DNA of 32,000 bases from assembly GCA_025340205.1 (NCBI GenBank), contig CP006868.1:300001-332000 (forward strand), in the 5' to 3' direction. The notes below the pieces were generated by a model that saw only the letters and a program-made list of their open reading frames with translations, was not told where the DNA came from and did no database searches. This document shows, in pieces, positions 1-7,900 of this stretch. The translations under genes were made by a program, and so were the position numbers. The stretch comes from Ignicoccus pacificus DSM 13166. GTDB taxonomy: Archaea; Thermoproteota; Thermoprotei_A; Sulfolobales; Ignicoccaceae. The number at the start of each line of letters is the position of its first letter. Position 1 is the stretch's first letter.

Positions 1-371
1 CTGAAGCTCTCTGCTTTTTCCCACTTAAGGTTTAACGCCTCCTTTAGCTCACTGTCCTTGTCGTCTGCGACACAAACGATTGGACCTACTAAGGGAAAGT
101 CTACGTTCTTTTTCTTTCCACAGTAGTGTACTATTCCCCAAGCCTTTCCCTTTTCGACAGAGCGTTTGAGTAAGGAGAAAGTCTTCTCGTTTCCCTTCTT
201 CTCGGTTATACCCCAAACGAATAATCCTATCTTCTTTAAGGCTTCAATAGAAACATCAAAGTTCTTAGGATTTAAACTGCCTATGACATATACGTCCTCT
301 ATGCTTTGGGGATTGTAAGCTAGATTACACGTACCTTTATCCCTAACTAAATTTAGCGTCTCCCCATTCAT
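1..371 (-). CDS. hypothetical protein, N-terminal part (ORF continues beyond the window edge)
   Basis: My translation of the minus strand is open from ATG 371-369 to position 1 (123 codons, no stop: MNGETLNLVRDKGTCNLAYNPQSIEDVYVIGSLNPKNF...KWEKAESF). It is missing from the supplied track because it is edge-truncated. No family recognised. Visibly more A+T-rich than neighbouring genes. Confidence 0.5.
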   Translation of the reverse strand, partial: MNGETLNLVRDKGTCNLAYNPQSIEDVYVIGSLNPKNFDVSIEALKKIGLFVWGITEKKGNEKTFSLLKRSVEKGKAWGIVHYCGKKKNVDFPLVGPIVCVADDKDSELKEALNLKWEKAESF

Positions 372-907
372 TCCCTCTCTTGTTCATCTGCAATTTGAGG
401 GTGAAAAGAGCTTAATACGATATCTTTTGACGATAATAGTCAATCTAGACATATGACGAGTGCGTGGGGGATAGGAATCATAGGAGAGAAGAGAGCACGC
501 GAACTCACTAGAATTCACGAAAGATAAGTAGGTAATGTGTATGTCTGTATGCCTTGTAAGACGAAGACGTCAGCTTTACTTCGATCATTCCCACTACCTT
601 CTCGCTGTCGTTTAAATGGTCATTAGGAAACGTTAAATATTCATAACATTTTGTTCGACTATATGCGATTGGTTCTAGATTAGATCTGGCGTTAAGGTAG
701 ACTCGAAACCGTATGAAGAGGGATATTGATTTGATAGGTAGTCAGTAAACGAGAGAGAAGAGTCACCAAGGACGCTATCCTTCCCTTCTGCACTTAGATT
801 AAGTCCATTATTGGATATCGATGACTGGAGCGTGAGGATGCCCTCATCCATCATAACCTTTCTATGTTCTAATCCAAGAACTTCAGTCGTCTTCCATCAA
901 TATAAGT

Positions 908-917
908 AAATATATAC
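908..917 (+). promoter_or_regulatory. TATA-box candidate for the ANL-ligase gene (leaderless or near-leaderless mRNA)
   Basis: AAATATATAC is centred about 27 nt upstream of the GTG at 939, matching the usual archaeal TATA-to-TSS distance. No Shine-Dalgarno-like purine run lies between it and the start. Confidence 0.4.
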
Positions 918-938
918 AGCTCTTGACTTCCGAGAGCG

Positions 939-2378
939 GTGGAAGTTGTGGAGTACAAGGATCCCGGAAAGCCCGTTCACAAGCTGATAGAGGAGCAAGC
1001 GAACAAGAATCCCGATAAGGTCGCCTTCGTCTACGAGGACGGAACCAAGCTAACCTACTCCGAGCTCGTGAAGAGATCAAAGGCCGTCGCTAACCTATTG
1101 AAGGAGAAGGGGGTGCAGAAGGGAGATACCGTGTTCCTCATAATGTTCAACAGGCCCGAGTTCGTGACCGGCTTACTAGGATCCCTTTACGCCGGAGCTA
1201 GGGTAGTCATTGCGGACGCTCTAACGCAGAAGGAGGACTTAGCCTTCCAGCTCGAGGACAGCAAGCCCAAGGTGGTCTTAGCTGACAGCGAAGTCTTGGA
1301 AAGGGAGAAGGAGACGCTCAAGGACTACCAAGTTCTAACCGAGGATGACCTAGCCAAGGCTCAAGGAGAGCACGAGGTAGAGGTAGATTACGAGGACGAC
1401 GCTAGGATATTCTACTATGCTGGAATAGCCGGCAGGACCATGCAAGTGATCCACTCTCACAGATCCTTCACCGGAGCGATAGTGCCCTTGGTACAAGCAG
1501 AGGGCATCGAGGAGAGCGATGTAAGCTTGGTGACCGTTCCCTTAACCCACGTCTTGGGATTGGACGCAGCCTTCCTCTCCGCCTTGGTGAGCGGTGGTAC
1601 TGCTTTACTCCTCAAGAAGTTTAACATGAACAAGATAAAGGAGCTAGCGAAGGAGCACAAGCCCACTTATATCGTAGCGGTTCCTTTGGTATACCAAACC
1701 ATGATGAAGGAGGATGAGGAGTTCGTGAAGGAGTTAGGGAAGAGCCTCAAGTGGTCCATGAGCGGGGGAGCTTACTTGCCTCCAGACGACCAGAAGAGGT
1801 GGGAGGAGCTAACCGGAAAGCCCTTGCTCCAAGTCTACGGAATGACAGAGGCCCCTCAGATCTTCGCGACCACCCCTCAGAAGCATAAGATAGGGAGCCT
1901 GGGCTTCCCATTACCCGGAGTGGAGGCCCTACTGGTAGATCCCGATACGCTAGAGATCAAGGAGGACCAAGGAGAGCTCCTCGTAAGAGGCCCTCAAGTG
2001 ATGAAGGGATATCCTGAGGAAGAGGAGAACAAGAAGGCCTTCGTTGAACTCCAAGGAAAGAGGTGGCTGAGGACGGGAGACATACTAGCTAAGGACGAGG
2101 AGGGCTTCTACTACTTTAGAGGAGTGAGGAAGAGGATGCTAAAGTACAAGGGATATCCCATATTCCCAAGGGACCTAGAGCTAATCTTGCAAAAGCATCC
2201 TTGTGTCGAGGAGGTAACTGTGGAAGGAGAGCCCGCTGGAGAGGTAGGTCAGATACCGGTAGCTAAGATAAAGCTGAAGGAGGAGTGTAAGGGTAAGGTA
2301 AGTGAGAAGGAGATAATGGACTTCGTGAATTCCAGGGTAGCTGCTTACAAGAAGGTTAGGAAGGTAGTGTTTTTGTAA
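939..2378 (+). CDS. AMP-dependent synthetase/ligase (ANL superfamily, acyl-CoA synthetase-like), atypical motifs
   Basis: 479-aa ORF. ANL core motifs visible: QVYGMTEA (A5), WLRTGD (A7), FRGVRKRMLKYKGYPIFPRDLE (A8 region). The A3 loop is degenerate (YYAGIAGRTMQV instead of YTSGTTGxPKGV). The ORF ends at ...YKKVRKVVFL, before the A10 PxxxxGK motif. Confidence 0.85.
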   Translation: MEVVEYKDPGKPVHKLIEEQANKNPDKVAFVYEDGTKLTYSELVKRSKAVANLLKEKGVQKGDTVFLIMFNRPEFVTGLLGSLYAGARVVIADALTQKEDLAFQLEDSKPKVVLADSEVLEREKETLKDYQVLTEDDLAKAQGEHEVEVDYEDDARIFYYAGIAGRTMQVIHSHRSFTGAIVPLVQAEGIEESDVSLVTVPLTHVLGLDAAFLSALVSGGTALLLKKFNMNKIKELAKEHKPTYIVAVPLVYQTMMKEDEEFVKELGKSLKWSMSGGAYLPPDDQKRWEELTGKPLLQVYGMTEAPQIFATTPQKHKIGSLGFPLPGVEALLVDPDTLEIKEDQGELLVRGPQVMKGYPEEEENKKAFVELQGKRWLRTGDILAKDEEGFYYFRGVRKRMLKYKGYPIFPRDLELILQKHPCVEEVTVEGEPAGEVGQIPVAKIKLKEECKGKVSEKEIMDFVNSRVAAYKKVRKVVFL

Positions 2379-2476
2379 ACAAATGCCTTCCATCAAGAGC
2401 TCATCCGAGGAACGAGTTCATTTTCGTCCTCCCCTCTTCCCTTTTAATCTTTCAATTGTATCAACGGTAGGATAGC

Positions 2477-2920
2477 ATGACTTTAGCGGATCAATTAGCG
2501 GATGAAATAGCTCAAGGAAAAGGAAAGAGATTGGTTAAAGCTATAGTGAACGAAATAGCCTTGGATCCAGAGCTTAAGGCAATAGTGATCAAGGAGGTAG
2601 CTGGGAACTTAGCTACTAAGGAGGACATAAAAGAGCTTGAGGATAAGATGGATAAGAAGTTTGAAGAAATGAGAAGGTATGTGGATGAGAAGATTGAAGG
2701 AGTTAGAAGGGAGTTCAAGGAAGAAATGGAGAGCTTGAGAGCAGAGTTCAGAGAAGAGATTAGGGAGGTGAGAGGCGAAATTAATGAGCTTAGAAGGGAA
2801 ATCAACGAGCTCAGAAACCAGTTCAATACCATGCTCAAGTGGATGATAGGGCTAATGGCTTCCATGTGGATAAGCATAGTAATAGGGATAATTGTAGCTT
2901 TGATAAAGATGGGAGGGTAA
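2477..2920 (+). CDS. tail-anchored coiled-coil membrane protein (unknown family)
   Basis: 147 aa. Charged helical region with two 11-residue units (VRREFKEEMES / LRAEFREEIRE) then three 7-residue units (VRGEINE / LRREINE / LRNQFNT). One C-terminal hydrophobic helix (MIGLMASMWISIVIGIIVALI) ends the protein. The antisense ORF 2512..2877 is Ser/Leu low-complexity. Confidence 0.7.
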   Translation: MTLADQLADEIAQGKGKRLVKAIVNEIALDPELKAIVIKEVAGNLATKEDIKELEDKMDKKFEEMRRYVDEKIEGVRREFKEEMESLRAEFREEIREVRGEINELRREINELRNQFNTMLKWMIGLMASMWISIVIGIIVALIKMGG

Positions 2921-3038
2921 AAAGATAGATTTTGTGAGTATGTAAGAGAACCTCGATGCCCCTGATATTCGCTATTTTGTTCAATTCTCTGAACCAGCTT
3001 AAATAGCGTGTGATATTCCTACTGTCTGGCAGGAGAAT

Positions 3039-3731
3039 TTGAGGTACTTCGGCGAGCTCACCCCCGGCTTGAAGGTCAGTGAAGGAAGGTGGAAGGTGGA
3101 GCTGAAGTGCTACGGTAACAACTGCTACTACACCCGCTCAGATGAAGAGGGGGTTAAGGCAGAGAGAATTCTAGGCCCCTTCTCTAGGCCTCTGTTAAGG
3201 CCGACCATCTACGGGGGAGAGCTCGCCTACTACTTGTATATACACTTCAGAAGGCCGATAACTCTAATCTCTTACTCTTCTTTAAACTTCATGATAGGTA
3301 TACCAATAGATGTCGAAGTGGTAATGGAGGCACAAGACGAGTACGGGAGGACTAGGAGCTATTTGATAGACATAATAGAACTAGGAGACGTCTACTACGC
3401 CCTTTACGGAAAGCCTGAGCGAGGAGTGCTCTGCAGATATCACAAAGCCAAATTGGGAACTTGGAACTGGATAAAGGAAGCTCAGTTCAGGATACAGATA
3501 GTAAATCAGACGGATAAGACGATTACCATGAACAGACTGGTGTTCCCTACCCTCCTTCCAGACGTTTACTACAAGCCCTCAAGTCACAGGGTATGGGTCT
3601 CCCCGATAATAGCTCTGATAGAGGGGAACACCGCCCTAATTCAGAAGAGCGATGAAAAGCCCCCTCAAGGCTTCGTTAAGAACCCTCAGACTGGGAAGCT
3701 CCAGAAGTGGACGATGATCTTCGGTCTATGA
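3039..3731 (+). CDS. hypothetical protein (230 aa)
   Basis: Long ORF with ordinary globular composition. TTG start. A TATA-like CTTAAATAGC lies about 35 nt upstream (2998-3007). No motif recognised with confidence. Confidence 0.6.
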   Translation: MRYFGELTPGLKVSEGRWKVELKCYGNNCYYTRSDEEGVKAERILGPFSRPLLRPTIYGGELAYYLYIHFRRPITLISYSSLNFMIGIPIDVEVVMEAQDEYGRTRSYLIDIIELGDVYYALYGKPERGVLCRYHKAKLGTWNWIKEAQFRIQIVNQTDKTITMNRLVFPTLLPDVYYKPSSHRVWVSPIIALIEGNTALIQKSDEKPPQGFVKNPQTGKLQKWTMIFGL

Positions 3732-4683
3732 CCGTTATGGTGGTGTAAGGTATGTCCACTCCCTCTGACACCAGTTTCTCATATATCTTCATCCTTATCT
3801 CCTTGTAAACCTCGTACCACTTCTTGGTAGGCACCCAAGCGTTTATCCTTATTATGATAGCGCTGTCGCCGAAGTCCTTGACGAAGACCTCTGGTTCCGG
3901 AACCTTAAGTATGTACTTTTCCTTATCCAAGAACCTCTTTAGAGCTTCCACGGCCCTCTTAACCTTGTCCAAGTCGTAGGGGACGCCGACCTCCACCTCA
4001 AGCCTTCTAACTAGCGGTCCACTTTGGTTTATTATCACGCTCTCGAAGAACTTGGAGTTAGGTATTCTAGCGAGCTCCCCGTTCCACAGTCTCACGGTGG
4101 TGGAGAGTATGGAGATTGATTTTACCACGCCTCCAACTCCAGAATCCTTTATTATAACTAAGTCTCCTATTTTCACAGGTTTTTCCATTAGAAGGAATAT
4201 TCCAGATATGGCGTTTGAAATTGTAGTTTGAGCTGCGAAGGATATGGCCAAGGTGATGAATCCGCCCGCCACCAGCAAACTGCTTATTGAAATTCCGAAG
4301 GCCGTTAGTATAAGAGCGAATCCTATGAGATAGAGTACGGCAGCGCTCACCCACTGAACCATGAACATTACGTCCTCTGAGGTCACGTACCTAGCTAGAA
4401 CTTCCACCACTTTCTTATGCAAGTACGTCCTCGTGAGTACAATTATTGCTATTCCTATTACCAAGTCCAAAAATGCAAATGGGGTAAGCGGCAACTCCTT
4501 TCCCGACTTTCCAAAATACCTCCTCTTGAAATAAGGAGCGCGGAAGGGAGAGATGGGAGTTACCTTTCGGAACTGTGCCGGAGGGGTAAGCGTAAGCGTA
4601 GATAAAGGAGTAATAGTCGAGGAAGAGCAAAGTGAGATCATTGACTGCAAGGGCATGGAGATAAGGCCTCTCAGCTGCACCAT
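3676..4683 (-). CDS. small-conductance mechanosensitive channel (MscS family)
   Basis: Three predicted TM helices followed by the MscS beta-domain signature region PVKIGDLVIIKDSGVGGVVKSISILSTTVRLWNGELARIPNSKF. The first ~63 codons of the ORF are Ser/Pro/Thr-rich and antisense to the neighbouring gene. An in-frame TTG at 4494 preceded by GGAAAGGAG would give a more typical 273-aa protein. Confidence 0.85.
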   Translation of the reverse strand: MVQLRGLISMPLQSMISLCSSSTITPLSTLTLTPPAQFRKVTPISPFRAPYFKRRYFGKSGKELPLTPFAFLDLVIGIAIIVLTRTYLHKKVVEVLARYVTSEDVMFMVQWVSAAVLYLIGFALILTAFGISISSLLVAGGFITLAISFAAQTTISNAISGIFLLMEKPVKIGDLVIIKDSGVGGVVKSISILSTTVRLWNGELARIPNSKFFESVIINQSGPLVRRLEVEVGVPYDLDKVKRAVEALKRFLDKEKYILKVPEPEVFVKDFGDSAIIIRINAWVPTKKWYEVYKEIRMKIYEKLVSEGVDIPYTTITVIDRRSSSTSGASQSEGS

Positions 4684-5389
4684 AGCGCTGAGGGTAGGAA
4701 GAGATCTGGAGGAAATGATGGAAAATCCTTACCCCTCCAAGGAGTTCTTAGATTCCTTGGCCCTAGGAGGGGTCGGAATAGCCATAGTTCCAAAAGGGAG
4801 GAGCGACTTCTTGGAAACTAAGGAGGAGAGCTTCATCTTAGATCCAATGCTGCCTCCCGAGGAGATACCGGAGGGGAAGGCAATAATCCAAAGATCATTG
4901 ACTCCGGAGAGCTCTTTTGGCTACAAAGAGAGGTACGGGGAGTGGCCCATAAAGCACCTAGGCGATAAAATAAAGAATAAGATAATTCTCAATCCATTCT
5001 GGGTAACCACGTGGGAGATCAAGCTCATAGATATCCCAGCCTTCATACCGGAATTAGGTCCTCTGTGGGGCATATCGAGCCCCATTCCTCCGGAGCTGAG
5101 GAAGGCTGTATACTCTCCAATAAGGCCCTTCGAGGGACCTCACGAAGCGGCTAGAATAGCGGAGTTGCTCATGAGGAGTCACTACTGGTCTAAGCACCTT
5201 AAGGTAGAACACTTGGATGAGGCTTGTTGGAAGTTCGCCGGAGAGAAGCCCCCTCGTTTGAAGGCAGGGGAAAAGGCCAGATTTTGGATAGGTCACAAAT
5301 GGGTTAAGTACTATATAAATGGAAAGGTCTTCTTCCCAGACGAGCTCGAGGAGCTAGCACTTACCCTTTCTCAGCTTGAGCTCCCTTAA
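4553..5389 (+). CDS. hypothetical protein (278-aa ORF; probable true start ATG 4655, 244 aa)
   Basis: Long ORF with globular composition. The N-terminal 34 codons overlap the MscS ORF antisense, so ATG 4655 (MEIRPLSCTIALRV...) is the more plausible start. No family recognised. Confidence 0.6.
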   Translation: MGVTFRNCAGGVSVSVDKGVIVEEEQSEIIDCKGMEIRPLSCTIALRVGRDLEEMMENPYPSKEFLDSLALGGVGIAIVPKGRSDFLETKEESFILDPMLPPEEIPEGKAIIQRSLTPESSFGYKERYGEWPIKHLGDKIKNKIILNPFWVTTWEIKLIDIPAFIPELGPLWGISSPIPPELRKAVYSPIRPFEGPHEAARIAELLMRSHYWSKHLKVEHLDEACWKFAGEKPPRLKAGEKARFWIGHKWVKYYINGKVFFPDELEELALTLSQLELP

Positions 5390-5794
5390 TTTTTCCATGA
5401 CTTCATCGATGTATCTTTCCACTTCTTCCCTCCTTATACCCTTCCTATCTAGCTCATCAAATATTATCTCCATTACCTTCGCGTATTTCTTGTACTCTTC
5501 GTTAAGCTTTCTCCAAGGGATGCCCTTGAGAGCTTGGGAGAGCCTTTCGTCGAAGGGAAGGACTCCCTTGAGCATTAAAACGGCTATTATAGGATAGCCC
5601 ACGTAGTTTCGATAATGCGTTCCGTTGTCAGTGCTGTAAGCTACTCTCCTTTCTAAATCAACGCAGACGTCGTACTCCCTATCGCCCTCGCTTGAGACCA
5701 CCTTAGCTTTACCGTTTAGGACCTTGACTCTCCCATCAGCTATCGCTCCTAGAGCTTCCAAAACCTTTATCCTAGGAGGTCTGTGAAGGTACAT
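5354..5794 (-). CDS. hypothetical protein (146 aa)
   Basis: ORF with normal composition and a charged helical C-terminus. Converges on and overlaps the previous gene by 36 nt. No family recognised. Confidence 0.6.
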   Translation of the reverse strand: MYLHRPPRIKVLEALGAIADGRVKVLNGKAKVVSSEGDREYDVCVDLERRVAYSTDNGTHYRNYVGYPIIAVLMLKGVLPFDERLSQALKGIPWRKLNEEYKKYAKVMEIIFDELDRKGIRREEVERYIDEVMEKLRELKLRKGKC

Positions 5795-5811
5795 GATCTA
5801 CCACCAAAAAC

Positions 5812-7056
5812 TCACCACTCTACCGAGGTGCTCTCGCTCTTCCCTCCTCCCCTTCCCATCGCAGCTGTAACTGCGAACGCTATTATGAGGCCTATGATTA
5901 GCGCGGCAGCTGCCATCACGTAGTTGGTTGTCTCCTTGACCAGTGTAGTAGTCACGGTGCTATAGAAGGTCCTTATCAATGTGGTGGTTACGGTGGCAGT
6001 CACGGTCTGAACGCTGGTTAAGGTAGTTGTCACGAAGCTAGTCACGGTCTGTGTTACCGTAGTAGTCACGGTGCTGTACAGAGTGGTGCTAAAGGTGCTG
6101 GTTATGGTACTTATTATAGTTTGAATGATTACCCTGGTAGTGGTTAAGGTGGTGGTATTGGTAATCGTAGTAGTCACAGTCTGGGTCAGGGTCTTGTAGA
6201 CGGTAGTGGTGTTTGTGACCGTTTGAGTTACGGTAGTAGTCACAGTCTGAGTCACGTTGTGAGTTACGGTGGTAGTGGTAGTTACGGTCTTGTAGATCAC
6301 CTCCTTCTTAGGATACTTAGCCGGGAGCTCTCCCGCTAGGTAAAGCAGTACGTTCTTCATGAGAGCTTGGACGTTAGGATCTTGGGCGATGGTGTTGAAT
6401 ATGCCCTTCCAAGACATTATTATCATTTCGTCGCTCCACTTGGTCACCCTTATCGCTACGCAGTACTTACCGTTGGCTCCCACGCTCGAGGGAGCTATGA
6501 CGTCCAATACCACCGGCACCAGACAGCACCCTCCGGGTAGAGCATTAACTCCCTTGAAGATTGGGTGAAGTGCTTGGTTGATGTTTATTCTAGTCACGTT
6601 GTTGCACTTGCCAGTAAAGGGAGCGAATCCGAGCTTGGTTAAGACTATGCTTCCTATGTAGTCGCCCGTGGTGGGGGAGCCTATGTAAGGACTCGCTATA
6701 ATCGCCACCCTCATTCCGGCCTTTATCGCCGGGATGATTACGTTGTTGACGTAGGCCTCAGCTATTTCCCTGTCCTTGTAAGGGTTGCCGGTAGTGGCAT
6801 TGTTGTCGAAGACAAGCAGTATTCCGGTGAAGTTCTGAGGATTGGGAGGGGCAGTCAAGGTAAGTCCGAACTGAGGGGGTCTGGTAATGATCTTGCTCCA
6901 GGTGCTGTTCTGTTTCCAGAGCATGTTGACGAATGCGGAGATCGCAGAGTACGCGACTGAGTTATCTTGAGTGTTGGAGGATATCACCCTCACGTCGACC
7001 TTTCCTGCGTGAACCAGTATCAGAGCGAGAGCGATGAGTGCCAGAGCCCTCTTCAA
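5812..7056 (-). CDS. secreted, C-terminally membrane-anchored surface protein with Thr/Val-rich stalk
   Basis: 414 aa. N-terminal signal-like segment MKRALALIALALILVHAG. A ~235-aa globular domain carries several N-x-S/T sequons. A ~120-aa Thr/Val-rich segment follows (TVTTTVTQTVTNTTTVYKTLTQTVTTT...). Then one TM helix (MAAAALIIGLIIAFAVTAAM) and a short tail. Confidence 0.8.
   Translation of the reverse strand: MKRALALIALALILVHAGKVDVRVISSNTQDNSVAYSAISAFVNMLWKQNSTWSKIITRPPQFGLTLTAPPNPQNFTGILLVFDNNATTGNPYKDREIAEAYVNNVIIPAIKAGMRVAIIASPYIGSPTTGDYIGSIVLTKLGFAPFTGKCNNVTRININQALHPIFKGVNALPGGCCLVPVVLDVIAPSSVGANGKYCVAIRVTKWSDEMIIMSWKGIFNTIAQDPNVQALMKNVLLYLAGELPAKYPKKEVIYKTVTTTTTVTHNVTQTVTTTVTQTVTNTTTVYKTLTQTVTTTITNTTTLTTTRVIIQTIISTITSTFSTTLYSTVTTTVTQTVTSFVTTTLTSVQTVTATVTTTLIRTFYSTVTTTLVKETTNYVMAAAALIIGLIIAFAVTAAMGRGGGKSESTSVEW
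5926..6288 (-). repeat. degenerate in-frame Thr/Val-coding repeats (stalk region of the 414-aa surface protein)
   Basis: Residues ~257-377 are almost entirely T/V/Q/N/S/I. At DNA level GTCACGGT / GTAGTAGTCAC-type units recur irregularly on the plus strand. This is coding low complexity, not a CRISPR-like array. Confidence 0.7.
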
Positions 7057-7116
7057 CGTGCCACCCGGGTGTTACCTAGGGTCTTCCGCTTTTAACGGAG
7101 GGAACCCTCTTCTCAT

Positions 7117-7488
7117 TCAGCCGATCCTAACGACCTTGCCCGAAACCCTTTTGACTTTCTCACATTCAGACATGGTATAGGCGTGAACCTCAAACGGGTA
7201 GTCCCATGGAACATCATAAACGTCCATAGCTCTCAGTATTACCTTCTTCTTTGCCCTCCTGACGTCAATCCCTTCAGGGAAACAAATGAGTATGTCCACG
7301 TCGCTCGTTACCGTGTGCCTCCCCTCAGCCACGCTTCCGATGACATACACCTCAGACTCGGGGTACAAGTCCCGAGCGGCTTTGAAGAACTTCTCAGCCA
7401 CTTCCCTCCACCTCTTCAAGTGTTCGACATGATACCTAATCCAAGACATCTTTCTCGACCTCCTCCAATACATTGAAGAGTTCCTCAA
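7117..7488 (-). CDS. minimal nucleotidyltransferase (MNT) of a HEPN-MNT toxin-antitoxin-type pair
   Basis: Signature VYVIGSVAEGRHTVTSDVDILICF (GS...G...S-D-x-D). The likely start is the internal Met at 7449 (MSWIRYHVEHL...), overlapping the upstream HEPN stop by 14 nt. Confidence 0.85.
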   Translation of the reverse strand: MRNSSMYWRRSRKMSWIRYHVEHLKRWREVAEKFFKAARDLYPESEVYVIGSVAEGRHTVTSDVDILICFPEGIDVRRAKKKVILRAMDVYDVPWDYPFEVHAYTMSECEKVKRVSGKVVRIG

Positions 7489-7880
7489 CGGCTTTCGTCA
7501 TTCTCCTCAAGTCCGTTCTGAGAGGTTCCCAAAGCTCGTACCTAGCTTCGGTATAGGCGTCTTCTAAACCCAGCAGCTCTTCTTTATAAGATGTTACATA
7601 CTTGATGAGCTTCTCAGCTTCTTCTACGAACCCTCCTTCCTTGAGTCCTCTTACGAGAAAGCCTATGAGCTCTCTTAGGCCGTGAACCTTAGGCACGGTA
7701 CCAAGCAACCTCAATATAGAGGATTTCAGTCTCAATTTGGGCTGCTTGCTCCAAGTGAAACGACGCTAGGTCGCTTCTTTTCCCTTCCACAGCCAACTCT
7801 AGGAACGTGCGGAGTCGTTCCTTTAGAACCCTAGCCTTCAAGGATTCGTCCAACCTCTTCCCCCTAGCAAGATAAAGTAT
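7436..7880 (-). pseudogene. HEPN-domain protein split by a 1-nt frameshift (partner of the MNT)
   Basis: The track ORF 7436..7735 encodes only the C-terminal half (…VPKVHGLRELIGFL…AYTEARY…). My translation of 7738-7880 in another frame gives the missing N-terminal half (ILYLARGKRLDESLKARVLKERLRTFLELAVEGKRSDLASFHLEQAAQ). The frames join at the short homopolymer context AATTTGGG (7734-7741). No ATG or GTG start is seen for the N-terminal part; there is only an in-frame TTG at 7853. Confidence 0.6.
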
Positions 7881-7900
7881 CTTCCTCGGCGTTTTGAGAG

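Noticed and set aside
883-1080. The 65-aa minus-strand ORF overlapping the start of the ANL ligase, and the 101-aa minus-strand ORF 7838..8143 overlapping DUF72.
   Set aside because: Both are Arg/Ser/Pro-rich and antisense to genes with clear motifs. Part of 7838..8143 instead covers, in another frame, the N-terminal half of the frameshifted HEPN gene.
2512-2877. Ser/Leu-rich ORFs antisense to the coiled-coil genes (2512..2877 and 19922..20239).
   Set aside because: They are mirror images of Glu/Lys/Arg-rich repeats, with low-complexity SSL strings. The sense frames give regular heptad/hendecad patterns ending in a TM helix or a defined C-terminus.
5926-6288. Repetitive DNA that might be mistaken for a CRISPR-like or satellite array.
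   Set aside because: The repeats are irregular and in frame. They encode the Thr/Val stalk of a long ORF that has a signal peptide and a membrane anchor. There is no repeat/spacer alternation.
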